Below are positions 12,033 through 22,696 of a stretch of 64,000 nt of DNA, in pieces. The stretch comes from Thiobacillus sp. GTDB taxonomy: Bacteria > Pseudomonadota > Gammaproteobacteria > Burkholderiales > Thiobacillaceae. The notes under the pieces were generated by a model. That model saw nothing but the letters and a program-made list of their open reading frames with translations. It did not search any database and was not told the origin of the DNA. Positions within the stretch are counted from its first letter, which is position 1. Every line of letters begins with the position of its first letter. Location of the stretch: NCBI GenBank assembly GCA_046292745.1, contig JBKBQH010000009.1, positions 10,360 through 74,359 of the forward strand, written 5' to 3'. A program made the translations under genes and the position numbers.

Positions 12033-13394
12033 TCATGCGGTTGCCGCTGTTTTGACGGCCGCGGCGATCGTTTCTGCCGTTTGACGCACCAATGACGCAT
12101 CACGCCCCTCCACCATGACGCGGATCAGCGGCTCGGTGCCGGAGGCGCGCAGCACGATGCGGCCACTGCCATTGAGCGCGCGCTCAGCCGCCTCGACCGA
12201 CGCACCGACACCGGGCGCGGCTTCGAGCCTGAACGCCTTGTCCACGCGGACGTTGATCATCACCTGCGGGTAGGTTTCCAGGTCCGCGGTAAAGGCATCC
12301 AGCGTCTCCCCCGTTTCGCGCAGCGCGCGCAACACTTGCAGCGCCGACACGATGCCATCGCCGGTCGTGTGCTTGTCGAGGCAGAGGATGTGGCCGGAGG
12401 TTTCGCCGCCGAGCGTCCAGCCATTGGCGTGCAGACGCTCGAGCACGTAGCGGTCGCCGACCTTGGCGCGCTCGAACGGAATATTGAGGCGCGCCAGAGC
12501 ATGCTCGGTACCGAGATTGGTCATCAGCGTGCCGACCACCCCGCCCTTCATGTAACCACTCTTGATGCGGTGGCGCGCGATGACGTAGAGCAGCTGGTCG
12601 CCGTCGTAGATGCGCCCGCTGGCATCGGCCATCATCAGGCGGTCGCCGTCGCCGTCGAGCGCAATCCCGAGATCGGCCCGATGCGTGCGCACCGCCTCCG
12701 ACAAGGCCTTGGTATGCGTCGCGCCGCAATGGTCATTGATGTTGTAACCGTTCGGTTCGTTGCCGATGGCGATCACCTCGGCGCCCAGTTCATGCAGCAC
12801 GTGCGGCGCGACGTGATAGGTCGCGCCGTGCGCGCAGTCGACGACGATGCGCATGCCGCGCAAATCGAGGTGATTGGGGAAGGTGCTCTTGCAGAATTCG
12901 ATATAGCGCGCGGCCGCGTCCTCGATGCGACGGGCGCGACCGAGCTGGCGTGCCTCGACGGTGACGATCGGGTGGTCGAGCCGCGCCTCGATCGCCTCCT
13001 CCACGGCGTCCGGCAGCTTCTGGCCGCTTTCCGAGAAGAACTTGATGCCGTTGTCCTCGAAGGGATTGTGCGAGGCGGAAATCACCACACCCGCCTGCAG
13101 GCGCAGCGCCCGGGTGAGATAGGCCACCGCCGGCGTCGGCATGGGCCCGGTCATCAGCACATTCACCCCGGCAGCGGTGAACCCCGCTTCCAGCGCGGCT
13201 TCGAGCATGTAGCCGGAGATGCGGGTGTCCTTGCCGATCAGCACCGTCGGATGCTGGTTGGGCGGCAGGCTGCCACGGTCAGCCACCAGCACCTGGCCGG
13301 CGGCGTAGCCCAGGTGCAACACGAACTCCGGGGTGATCGGCGATTCCCCCACCTTGCCACGCACGCCGTCGGTGCCGAAATACTTACGTCCCAT
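12033..13394 (-). CDS. glmM: Phosphoglucosamine mutase
   Basis: ORF trimmed to ATG 13394 ([16 protein letters not shown]...). Active-site SASHNP is present. It follows folP as in many proteobacteria. Confidence 0.93.
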   Translation of the reverse strand: MGRKYFGTDGVRGKVGESPITPEFVLHLGYAAGQVLVADRGSLPPNQHPTVLIGKDTRISGYMLEAALEAGFTAAGVNVLMTGPMPTPAVAYLTRALRLQAGVVISASHNPFEDNGIKFFSESGQKLPDAVEEAIEARLDHPIVTVEARQLGRARRIEDAAARYIEFCKSTFPNHLDLRGMRIVVDCAHGATYHVAPHVLHELGAEVIAIGNEPNGYNINDHCGATHTKALSEAVRTHRADLGIALDGDGDRLMMADASGRIYDGDQLLYVIARHRIKSGYMKGGVVGTLMTNLGTEHALARLNIPFERAKVGDRYVLERLHANGWTLGGETSGHILCLDKHTTGDGIVSALQVLRALRETGETLDAFTADLETYPQVMINVRVDKAFRLEAAPGVGASVEAAERALNGSGRIVLRASGTEPLIRVMVEGRDASLVRQTAETIAAAVKTAATA

Positions 13395-14223
13395 CGTGTC
13401 CTTCCTCCACTGCATTCCAGATGGCCAGCGCATCGCGCATGGCCGCCACATCGTGCACCCGCACCAGGCGCGCACCGCGCGCGATGGCGATCAGGTGCGC
13501 CGCCACGCCGGCGAATTCGCGTTCGCCGACCGCACGCCCGGTGAGCGCGCCGAGCATGGCCTTGCGCGACATCCCCGCCAGCACCGGCACGCCGAGGGCG
13601 ACGAGCCGGTCCAGCTGCTTCAGCAAGGCCAGATTGTGCTCGAGCGTCTTGCCGAAGCCGAAGCCCGGGTCGATCACCAGGCGCTCGCGGGCAATGCCCG
13701 CCGCTTCGCAGGCCGCGACACGCCCGCCCAGGAAAGCCGCGACCTCGTCCACCACGTCGCCATACGCCGGCGCCTGCTGCATGGTGCGCGGCTCGCCCCG
13801 CATGTGCATCAGGCAGGCCGCCGCGCCGGACGCCGCCACGGCGGCCAGCGCGCCGGGATTTTGCAGGGCCATGACGTCGTTCACCATCGCCGCGCCGGCA
13901 GCGAGCGCCGCCTGCATCACCTCGGGCTTCATGGTGTCGACCGACACCACGCAGCCCTGCGCCGCGAGCACCTCGATCACCGGCAGCACGCGTTCGATTT
14001 CCGTCTCGAGCGGCACCGGCGCCGCGCCGGGACGCGTCGATTCCCCGCCGACGTCAAGGATATCGGCGCCCGCTTCGCGCAGCTTGAGCGCGTGCGCGAC
14101 CGCCGCCTGGGCGCTGGCCAGCCGCCCGCCGTCGGAAAACGAATCCGGGGTGACGTTGACGATACCCATGACGAGGGGCCGGGCGAGAGAGAGCCGGTAG
14201 GGTCCGGCATGCAGGACGGGCAT
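13384..14223 (-). CDS. folP: Dihydropteroate synthase
   Basis: 279 aa. [15 protein letters not shown] and [13 protein letters not shown] motifs. Confidence 0.9.
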   Translation of the reverse strand: MPVLHAGPYRLSLARPLVMGIVNVTPDSFSDGGRLASAQAAVAHALKLREAGADILDVGGESTRPGAAPVPLETEIERVLPVIEVLAAQGCVVSVDTMKPEVMQAALAAGAAMVNDVMALQNPGALAAVAASGAAACLMHMRGEPRTMQQAPAYGDVVDEVAAFLGGRVAACEAAGIARERLVIDPGFGFGKTLEHNLALLKQLDRLVALGVPVLAGMSRKAMLGALTGRAVGEREFAGVAAHLIAIARGARLVRVHDVAAMRDALAIWNAVEEGHDGT

Positions 14224-14276
14224 AAAAAATGGAGAGACCGAAGCCTCTCCATTGTACCGGGCGACGATCCTGCCGC

Positions 14277-16175
<1,899 letters not shown>

Positions 16176-16234
16176 TCCTCGGTGCCGATGTCGGCACGAT
16201 CACATAACTTGCTTCAGGCACACCATATTTAGAC

Positions 16235-16912
16235 TCATTCTAAACCTGGTTCCGGCGGATTGTCACGGCCGATTTCGGCCCCGGACCGGGGCCGCCGCCC
16301 CAACAGGTAGACCTCGCTGCTGCGGTCTCGTGACGCCTCGGGCTTGCGGATCACCATCTGCTCGAATGCATCGCGCATCTGCTTCACGAAATCCTCGAAG
16401 CCGACACCCTGGAACACTTTGACGAGAAAAGCCCCGTCGGGTTTCAGCCAGCGCACGGCAAAATCGAGCGCCAGCTCGCATAGCTCGTACTGGCGGGCCT
16501 GATCACGCAGGCCTACACCACTGATATTGGGCGCCATGTCGCTCAATACAAGGTCGACCCGCGCGCCCTGCAGCTTGTCTTCCAGCCAGTCGAGGCCGGC
16601 CGGTTCGGTGAAATCACCTTCCAGGCTGTCCACGCCCGGCAGCGGCGCCACCGGCAACAGGTCGATCGCCAGCACCCTGCCCTGCCGCTTCATTTTCTGC
16701 ACCGCGACCTGGCACCAGCTGCCCGGCGCGGCGCCGAGATCGACCACGGTCATCCCCGGTTTCAGCAGATGATCGCGCTGGTCTATCTCCAGCAGCTTGT
16801 ACGCCGCGCGCGAGCGATAACCGTCCTGCTGCGCCTTCTTGACGTAGGGGTCGGTCACGTGCTCGTGCATCCAGGCACGGCCCGATTTGGTTCGCTTGGG
16901 TTTCTGCCCCAT
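16235..16912 (-). CDS. rlmE: 23S rRNA (uridine2552-2'-O)-methyltransferase RlmE/FtsJ
   Basis: ORF trimmed to ATG 16912 (MGQKPKRTKSGRAWMHEHVTDPYVKKAQQDGYRSRAAYKLLEID...VVDLGAAPGSW). It aligns by eye with the E. coli RlmE N-terminus. Confidence 0.92.
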   Translation of the reverse strand: MGQKPKRTKSGRAWMHEHVTDPYVKKAQQDGYRSRAAYKLLEIDQRDHLLKPGMTVVDLGAAPGSWCQVAVQKMKRQGRVLAIDLLPVAPLPGVDSLEGDFTEPAGLDWLEDKLQGARVDLVLSDMAPNISGVGLRDQARQYELCELALDFAVRWLKPDGAFLVKVFQGVGFEDFVKQMRDAFEQMVIRKPEASRDRSSEVYLLGRRPRSGAEIGRDNPPEPGLE

Positions 16913-16922
16913 GGGATTTTGC

Positions 16923-18293
16923 CTATTGCAGCATGAAGGTGCGGTATTCGAGCTTGTCGAGTTGCCGGTCGAGCAGGAAAAACCCCAGCAGGACGACGAC
17001 GAGCAGGCTGGCGGCGAAGCCATAGCCATACCACGCAGGCCCCAGTTTAATGGACAACAGGGTGAGCCCGATATTCAGGAGGGCGAACAGGGCGACCAGC
17101 AGCAGCACGGTGCGGCGCCGGTCGAGGTAGAAGAAGACGTTGAGCAGGCCGAGAAACACCACCTGCAGGCCGGCACCGATCAGCATGATCATGAGCAGCA
17201 CTTCGTAGAGCTCGGAAATGCCGAAGAACTTGAGCACGCCCGGGCCGATGACGAAATAGAACAGCACGGCGAGCGACTGGATCTTGATGATCTCGAACAG
17301 CCCCTGGCGCGCCGACCAGACCATTTCATTGCGCATTTCCTCGATGTATTCGAGCGAGCCGCCATTTCTCACGGCGTCGTAGAACTTGTCGTAGTACTCG
17401 ACAAAATCGGTTTCCATGCGCAACAGGAACACGGCCATGCCGGGAATGACCGACAGGTAAGCCAGGAAGATGGGGAAATCATAGATTTCTGACGCCCGGA
17501 GCGGGCCGATGATGGCGCTGCTGGTGTCGGCGTTGAACCAGAAGATGAACTTGTCGGCCCACAGCGCCAGGTTGAACAGCAAACCCACCGCCATCAGGTC
17601 GGGGTATTGCCTGAGCCCGTGCCGGAACTCGAAGCCGATGAAACGGCTGGCGGGGTAATGGTGGGCGACGATGAGGATCATGCCGGTAAGCAGCACGAGC
17701 TGGCCGATGACGAAGCCGAGCAGCAGGCCCTCCGTTCCCAGGGGGCGCAACACCAGTGACGACGCGATGGCCAGGCCGTAGCCCAGCGCATACAGCGCTA
17801 GCACCTGTTTGTATTCCTTGAGCCCGGTGAGCATGACCGAGGCCACCCAGACATTGGACAGCAGCACGAAGCCGCTCATCAACAGCAGGCGGAACATGAA
17901 GCTGGTGTCGGGAAACAGGAAGAGCGCCGCCGGCAGCGCGAGCACGCCGCTGACAACGGTGGTCAGCAGTAGCAGGCCCATGAAGGTGGGCAGCACCAGG
18001 TCATGGCGTTTTTCGAACAGCCGGTCGGCGATGTAGCGGGTGTAGGCGAGCTGCACCAGGCCGGTGAGGATGAGGCTCAGGGCAATCAGGTAGGTGATCG
18101 AAACCTGGAACTGGGTGACGAGCAGGTCGGGCTTGACCACCCCGACGCTCATGAAGCCGACGAAAACCAGGCCGACGATGGATATGATCCAGGGGCCGGA
18201 GCCGATGATGCCGGCATAGGCGTAGGCCTGGATCCAGCTGGAGAGATTGTCGCGCCGCAGCAGCTTGCGCAGCTCGAAGCCGATGCCCGCCAT
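16923..18293 (-). CDS. pelG: Pel polysaccharide biosynthesis membrane protein PelG (PST/MATE-like exporter family)
   Basis: 456 aa, about 12 TM helices, N-terminus MAGIGFELRKLLRRDNLS typical of PelG. Last gene of the pel operon, with an ATGA overlap with the pelF stop. Confidence 0.85.
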   Translation of the reverse strand: MAGIGFELRKLLRRDNLSSWIQAYAYAGIIGSGPWIISIVGLVFVGFMSVGVVKPDLLVTQFQVSITYLIALSLILTGLVQLAYTRYIADRLFEKRHDLVLPTFMGLLLLTTVVSGVLALPAALFLFPDTSFMFRLLLMSGFVLLSNVWVASVMLTGLKEYKQVLALYALGYGLAIASSLVLRPLGTEGLLLGFVIGQLVLLTGMILIVAHHYPASRFIGFEFRHGLRQYPDLMAVGLLFNLALWADKFIFWFNADTSSAIIGPLRASEIYDFPIFLAYLSVIPGMAVFLLRMETDFVEYYDKFYDAVRNGGSLEYIEEMRNEMVWSARQGLFEIIKIQSLAVLFYFVIGPGVLKFFGISELYEVLLMIMLIGAGLQVVFLGLLNVFFYLDRRRTVLLLVALFALLNIGLTLLSIKLGPAWYGYGFAASLLVVVLLGFFLLDRQLDKLEYRTFMLQ

Positions 18294-19825
18294 CAGTCCC
18301 GCGCCCCCACGGCCTTGACGTAGAGTTCCCGGTAGGCGTCGATCATCATTTCCAGGGAATAGAATCGTTCGACCCGGGCAATGCCTGCCGCCTGGGCCGC
18401 CTGCCAGTTCTGCGGCAGCATGAGGTCGAGCGCTGCGGAAGCCAGCGCCGCGGGATCGGCAATTCCCACGACGCGTCCGGACGGGCCCAGCGCGCGATCT
18501 TCCGGCGTCAGGCCCTCGATGAGCTGGCGACAGGCGCCGACGTCGGTGGCGATACTGGGCACGCCCGCGGCGTAGCCTTCCAGGATCACCAGCGGCAGGG
18601 CCTCGCTGATGGACGACAGCACCAGGACCCCGACCCGGGGCAGCAGTTCATCGATTTTCTGGAAACCGAGGAATTTCACCCGCGCCGACAGCCCCAGGCT
18701 TTCCACCAGGTTCAGGCACTCCTGGTAATAGGCGGGGTCTTCGTCGGTGGGGCCGGCGATCCAGCCTTCCGCCTCGGGATCATGGTCGGCGATGGTGCGC
18801 ATGGCGCGGATGAAGGTCTTGACGTCCTTGATCGGCACCACGCGACCGAGCAGGCAGAAGGTCTTGGGAGGAAGCGGCGAGCGCTTGTCGCGCAGCGGCG
18901 CCAGGCGGGCGATGTTGACGCCGTTGGGGATGTTGCGCGTGCGCGCCGGGTCGGCGCCGTCCGCCACCTGCCGCAGCCGGTTGGTTTCGTAGAGGGCGAC
19001 GATGTCGTCGGCGGCGTCGTAGCAGATCTTCCCCAGGGCTTCGAAGAAGCGCACCCACATGTCCTTGAAATACGCCACCTCGGAAGGATCCTTGTCGAAC
19101 ACGTTGCGGTTGTCGCGGATCCACTCGGCCTGGAACAAATCGATCTTGCGCTCCTTGGTGTAGATGCCGTGCTCGGAAAGCAGCATCGGCCGCCGCTGGT
19201 AGCCCTTGAGCATGGCCGCCATGAGGCCGGCGTAGCCGGTGGAAATGGTGTGGATGGCGCCCACCGGAATGAACTCGCTGGCGATGCGCGACAACCGCCA
19301 CAACGGCGCGTGCATGATGCGCCAGGTCCAGAAGTAATCGACGAAGGACGGGTCGCGGCAATATTTCCGGTAGGCGTCGGTGACGAAATTCCACGACTGC
19401 TCGCTGTACAGGAATCCCTCGTACGGCAGCCCGCCGCCGGGTTGGATGGCGGCCAGCAACTGCCCCATCGCGCCGCGGCCGCCCGCCTCGCCCGGCGTCG
19501 CCCGCAGCGTCTCGTGCGCCTCGCGCACGCGTTGCATCACGTCCGCTGCCAGGGTTTGCTTCATCACCGGCGGCGCGGCCGTCTGCTCGTGCAGAAAGTG
19601 CACTTCGAGGTGCACGAGGTTGTCCGGCAACGGATACTTGGGGTCGCCATAGTCCTGCGGCCGGCTGCCGAGAAAAATCCCGGCGAAACTGTATTGCGGG
19701 AACGAACGGATAATCTGGTTGACCCAGCTCGACACCCCGCCCGCCACGTAGGGAAAAGTGCCTTCCAGCACCAGGCCGATGTCGGCGCGTTGCGCCTGAC
19801 GCAGGTAGCGCGGCGGCTGGCTCAT
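18293..19825 (-). CDS. pelF: Pel glycosyltransferase PelF (GT4)
   Basis: The 820-aa ORF is trimmed to ATG 19825 (MSQPPRYLRQAQRADIGLVLEGTFPYVAGGVSSWV...), giving 510 aa. EX7E motif SEALPLVILE. ATGA overlap with the pelE stop. Confidence 0.88.
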   Translation of the reverse strand: MSQPPRYLRQAQRADIGLVLEGTFPYVAGGVSSWVNQIIRSFPQYSFAGIFLGSRPQDYGDPKYPLPDNLVHLEVHFLHEQTAAPPVMKQTLAADVMQRVREAHETLRATPGEAGGRGAMGQLLAAIQPGGGLPYEGFLYSEQSWNFVTDAYRKYCRDPSFVDYFWTWRIMHAPLWRLSRIASEFIPVGAIHTISTGYAGLMAAMLKGYQRRPMLLSEHGIYTKERKIDLFQAEWIRDNRNVFDKDPSEVAYFKDMWVRFFEALGKICYDAADDIVALYETNRLRQVADGADPARTRNIPNGVNIARLAPLRDKRSPLPPKTFCLLGRVVPIKDVKTFIRAMRTIADHDPEAEGWIAGPTDEDPAYYQECLNLVESLGLSARVKFLGFQKIDELLPRVGVLVLSSISEALPLVILEGYAAGVPSIATDVGACRQLIEGLTPEDRALGPSGRVVGIADPAALASAALDLMLPQNWQAAQAAGIARVERFYSLEMMIDAYRELYVKAVGARD

Positions 19826-20856
19826 GACCAGTACCCCACCACGGGCGCCAGCGATTGCGGGACGTGGCGCTCGCCGAGTTGGGCGATCAGCTGCCGGACC
19901 TGGGCATAGTCGCGGCGCTGGAACGCGATTTCCGCCAGATAAGGCAACACCTTGGATTCGCCCAGTCCCAGCACCACCGCCTGGTCGAAGGCCGACCAGG
20001 CCTCGTCGTGACGCCCCAGGGCGTGCAGCACGCGACCGCGCAGGAAATGCACCCCGGCGTCGTCGCCGTGATGGGCGAGTGCCGCGTCGGCGTAGCGCAG
20101 CGATTCGCGGGCAGCGAAGCGGCGCAAGTCCCCGGTTGCCAGCCCCTGATAAATCAACTCCCAGTACAGCTCGGCCAGGTGGCGCGCGGCCAGGGCGTGG
20201 GCGTCGCCCGGCGGAAGCTGCTTGAAGAGGCGGAGTTCCTCGTGGATGCGGTCGTTGATGGCCTTTTCCTGCCGATCCAGCATGCCGTAGGCCAGCAGAC
20301 GGATATCGTCGGACGCGTCCGCCAGCTGCTCCCGCAACAGGATGCTGACGATGCGGCCGGGCATGGCCTGCAGCGCCAGCAAGGTCCGCATGCGCTCTTC
20401 CAGGGCGGCGTGCGGACTCGCCAGGCGGCCACGCAGCCCGCCTTCGCCGTAGCCGCGCGGGGGCGCCTCGGCGGAGGCCTGGCCACGATCCCGCATGGTT
20501 TCGAAAACGATCTCCTCCATCGTGGCGAAATCGACCTGCGTGCGATAGCGTGCGGGCACGAGCCGGCCTGTCACCAGGGCGGCGAGCGTGGCGACCAGGG
20601 CAAGAAACGGGACGAAAAACAGAAACCCGGCAAACAGCGCGATGACAGGAAGGCGCGGCACCCGGTAGGCCGGGGGGAGAAAGAAACGCAGCACGAGCGC
20701 GCCAAGGAAGCTGGCGCCACCATGCAGGACGATGAAGGAGAGCATGACCGGCCACGTCGGCGCCTGGGTCAGAACCAGCGCCAGTGCGCTGGATTCGAGG
20801 GAGAAGGCAAGCAGCCCTTCCTTGATCACGTCAGGGTTTCCCCGGCGCAGCCGCAC
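19822..20856 (-). CDS. pelE: Pel biosynthesis protein PelE (inner-membrane TPR protein). The alternative GTG at 20829 gives 335 aa and a GTGA overlap with the pelD stop.
   Basis: N-terminal TM helices followed by a TPR-like region (...LHALGRHDEAWSAFDQAVVLG...). Lies between pelD and pelF. Confidence 0.7.
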   Translation of the reverse strand: MRLRRGNPDVIKEGLLAFSLESSALALVLTQAPTWPVMLSFIVLHGGASFLGALVLRFFLPPAYRVPRLPVIALFAGFLFFVPFLALVATLAALVTGRLVPARYRTQVDFATMEEIVFETMRDRGQASAEAPPRGYGEGGLRGRLASPHAALEERMRTLLALQAMPGRIVSILLREQLADASDDIRLLAYGMLDRQEKAINDRIHEELRLFKQLPPGDAHALAARHLAELYWELIYQGLATGDLRRFAARESLRYADAALAHHGDDAGVHFLRGRVLHALGRHDEAWSAFDQAVVLGLGESKVLPYLAEIAFQRRDYAQVRQLIAQLGERHVPQSLAPVVGYWS

Positions 20857-22172
20857 TCGTGCAGCAGCGTCATGAGCGTCTGCCGGGCGGGCTCCTCGCC
20901 CAGCAGCCGGCTATGGGCGCTGATGTCGAGACCTGTAATGCCCTGCCCATAATGCTGGCCGAGCCAGGCGTCGATGCGATTGAGATAGCCTTCCACCGCC
21001 GCCTCGGCAGAAAACGGCATGAGCGTGATCAACACCTGGCGATCTTCGCCCGGAATCTCCCACTGATTGTCCAGGGTGCGCCGCTGCCGGACGATCTGGC
21101 GGAAGATTTCCGCGCGCCGCGGATGCGGGCCGAAACGCAGCGCCACCAGGACGGAGGTCATGCCCACCTCACGGTTGAGGCGGTGGAGACGCAACAGCTC
21201 GGCAGCGAAATCGCTCGGGCAGCCCGGCACCAATGGCCCTTCCTTCTCGAGGCTTTTCACGTCGTGCACCAGGTCGCCGTAGTAGCCGCACAGCACCGCC
21301 AGGATCTGCACCGTTTCGTTGTGCAGCGCGACGAAGGGCAGCCGCTCCACCAGCAGCATGCCCAGGAGCGGCTGGTTGGCCGGACGGATAGGCGCGGCGA
21401 TGAGGTAACGGCTGTTGCCTTCGCGCATATGGTTCATTTGCAAGTGGCACAGCTGGCCGCTGGCGAGCACCTGCCGAATCAGCGGATCGTTGGGGTCGAG
21501 CGCGGATTGCTCGCCCAGCCAGGCAGCGGGGGCTTTCTCCAGTGCGCCGCCGTGCACCCGGTACACCGCGCCCTGCTCGATCTGGCAGTACTGGGCGGCG
21601 AGTTCCAGGAAAGCGTCCACGCCGGGCAAGGCTTCTGCGTCCTGCCGGTCCGCCAGCGCGCGCAGCTTGATGAGACCGTCGCGCAAGCTGACCGGACGCG
21701 ACAGCAGGGATTGCTCCAGCCGTTCATGCGACAGGCGCAGCAGGTAGAAACGCCGGGTGATCTGCTCCAGCCGCTCGTCGATGAAATAGCTGAGTTCATC
21801 GCGCCGCCGCAGGCGCGTACGCCAGGCGCCGCTGAATTCGGCGCACAGCAGCGTCAGCAGCAGGAAGCCAAGAAAAAAAACCTTGCTGTCCTCGATCGGC
21901 GGAAAAAAACGCCCCGCGCCGCCGGCATAGACCGCCACCATGAGCGTGGCCGACAAAAGGCCCGCCCCGATGCCATAGCGCAAGGCCAGCAAGACGGTGG
22001 CCAGCGTCGGCCACGGGAAAGCCGTGTTGGCGTAATAGGGATTGGCCGGGTTGAGCCACCAGGCCAGGCCCAGCGCGCCCAGGGTAAACAGGGCGGTTTC
22101 CAGCCATTCCACCCAGGGGCGCTTGAAATCGGCAAAAAACCAGCGGACGAAGTGGGTGCGGAGCGGGCTCAC
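20826..22172 (-). CDS. pelD: Pel c-di-GMP receptor PelD
   Basis: 448 aa. Four N-terminal TM helices, then a GAF-like and a degenerate GGDEF-like region with RxxD (RTLD) at residues 365-368. GTGA overlap with the pelC stop. Confidence 0.8.
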   Translation of the reverse strand: MSPLRTHFVRWFFADFKRPWVEWLETALFTLGALGLAWWLNPANPYYANTAFPWPTLATVLLALRYGIGAGLLSATLMVAVYAGGAGRFFPPIEDSKVFFLGFLLLTLLCAEFSGAWRTRLRRRDELSYFIDERLEQITRRFYLLRLSHERLEQSLLSRPVSLRDGLIKLRALADRQDAEALPGVDAFLELAAQYCQIEQGAVYRVHGGALEKAPAAWLGEQSALDPNDPLIRQVLASGQLCHLQMNHMREGNSRYLIAAPIRPANQPLLGMLLVERLPFVALHNETVQILAVLCGYYGDLVHDVKSLEKEGPLVPGCPSDFAAELLRLHRLNREVGMTSVLVALRFGPHPRRAEIFRQIVRQRRTLDNQWEIPGEDRQVLITLMPFSAEAAVEGYLNRIDAWLGQHYGQGITGLDISAHSRLLGEEPARQTLMTLLHECGCAGETLT

Positions 22173-22696
22173 TTTGTCAGCGGAATGCCGGCCACCATAT
22201 CCTTCATGAGTTGCTGCGCCACCGCGGACAAGGCCTCGCGGCTCCAGCCGGACTTGCCGCCCACCGCGCTGTAGACGACGCGCCCGTCATTCAGGTCCAG
22301 CACCTGTAGCGTGAAGCCGACGGCGGGCTCGCCGTCGATCCCGACCTTGTAACGCCATTCGTTGACTTCGCCGCTCACGGCGTAGCGCACGCCCTGCTCC
22401 CGGGCCCAGGCCATGGCCTTGTCCGCAAGCTTGCGGTCCGCGGGTTCCAGGAGGGTTTCGGCGACCAGCCCGGCCGGATAGGTCTGCAGCCTGGCCACGC
22501 CCTGCCCGCGCAGCAGGTTCGCGGCGATCGCCTCGGCCCGCAGGCCCGCCTGCGGTGTCTCGGTGTGATTGGCGAAGGGCAGCAGCGCCCAGCTCGCCGT
22601 TGCCGCGAGTTTTTCGCCGCCCACGGTCTGGACGGTGGCGCAGCCCGCCAGCCAGGCGGCCAAAAGCACGATTGCGAAACGTCTGATTGTTCTCAT
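22169..22696 (-). CDS. pelC: Pel outer-membrane lipoprotein PelC
   Basis: 175 aa. Lipobox LLAAWLAGC. Size and position match PelC. 4-nt overlap with the pelB stop. Confidence 0.75.
   Translation of the reverse strand: MRTIRRFAIVLLAAWLAGCATVQTVGGEKLAATASWALLPFANHTETPQAGLRAEAIAANLLRGQGVARLQTYPAGLVAETLLEPADRKLADKAMAWAREQGVRYAVSGEVNEWRYKVGIDGEPAVGFTLQVLDLNDGRVVYSAVGGKSGWSREALSAVAQQLMKDMVAGIPLTK

Noticed and set aside
16182-16197. 16-bp perfect palindrome gtgccgatgtcggcac just upstream of the ftsH ribosome-binding site
   Set aside because: It is real in the sequence, but short GC-rich palindromes are expected by chance in a genome of this composition. I can assign no function. It may slightly structure the rlmE-ftsH spacer.
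16913-17100. Search for a sigma-32 (CTTGAAA-N13-17-CCCCATNT) promoter for rlmE-ftsH inside the 3' end of pelG
   Set aside because: The best by-eye candidate, CTCGACA-N15-CCTTCATGC, is too degenerate to call without a scoring matrix or experimental 5' ends.
18293-20755. 820-aa minus-strand ORF suggesting a giant PelF
   Set aside because: The N-terminal ~310 aa are an out-of-frame read across pelE (Arg/Pro/Gly-rich). The ATG at 19825 forms an ATGA overlap with the pelE stop and gives a 510-aa GT4 protein of the expected PelF size. The same reasoning trimmed the long ORFs for nuoF, nuoE, tpiA, glmM, rlmE, greA, carB, dapB, dapA, fliP, fliQ, sixA, the CDF transporter and others.
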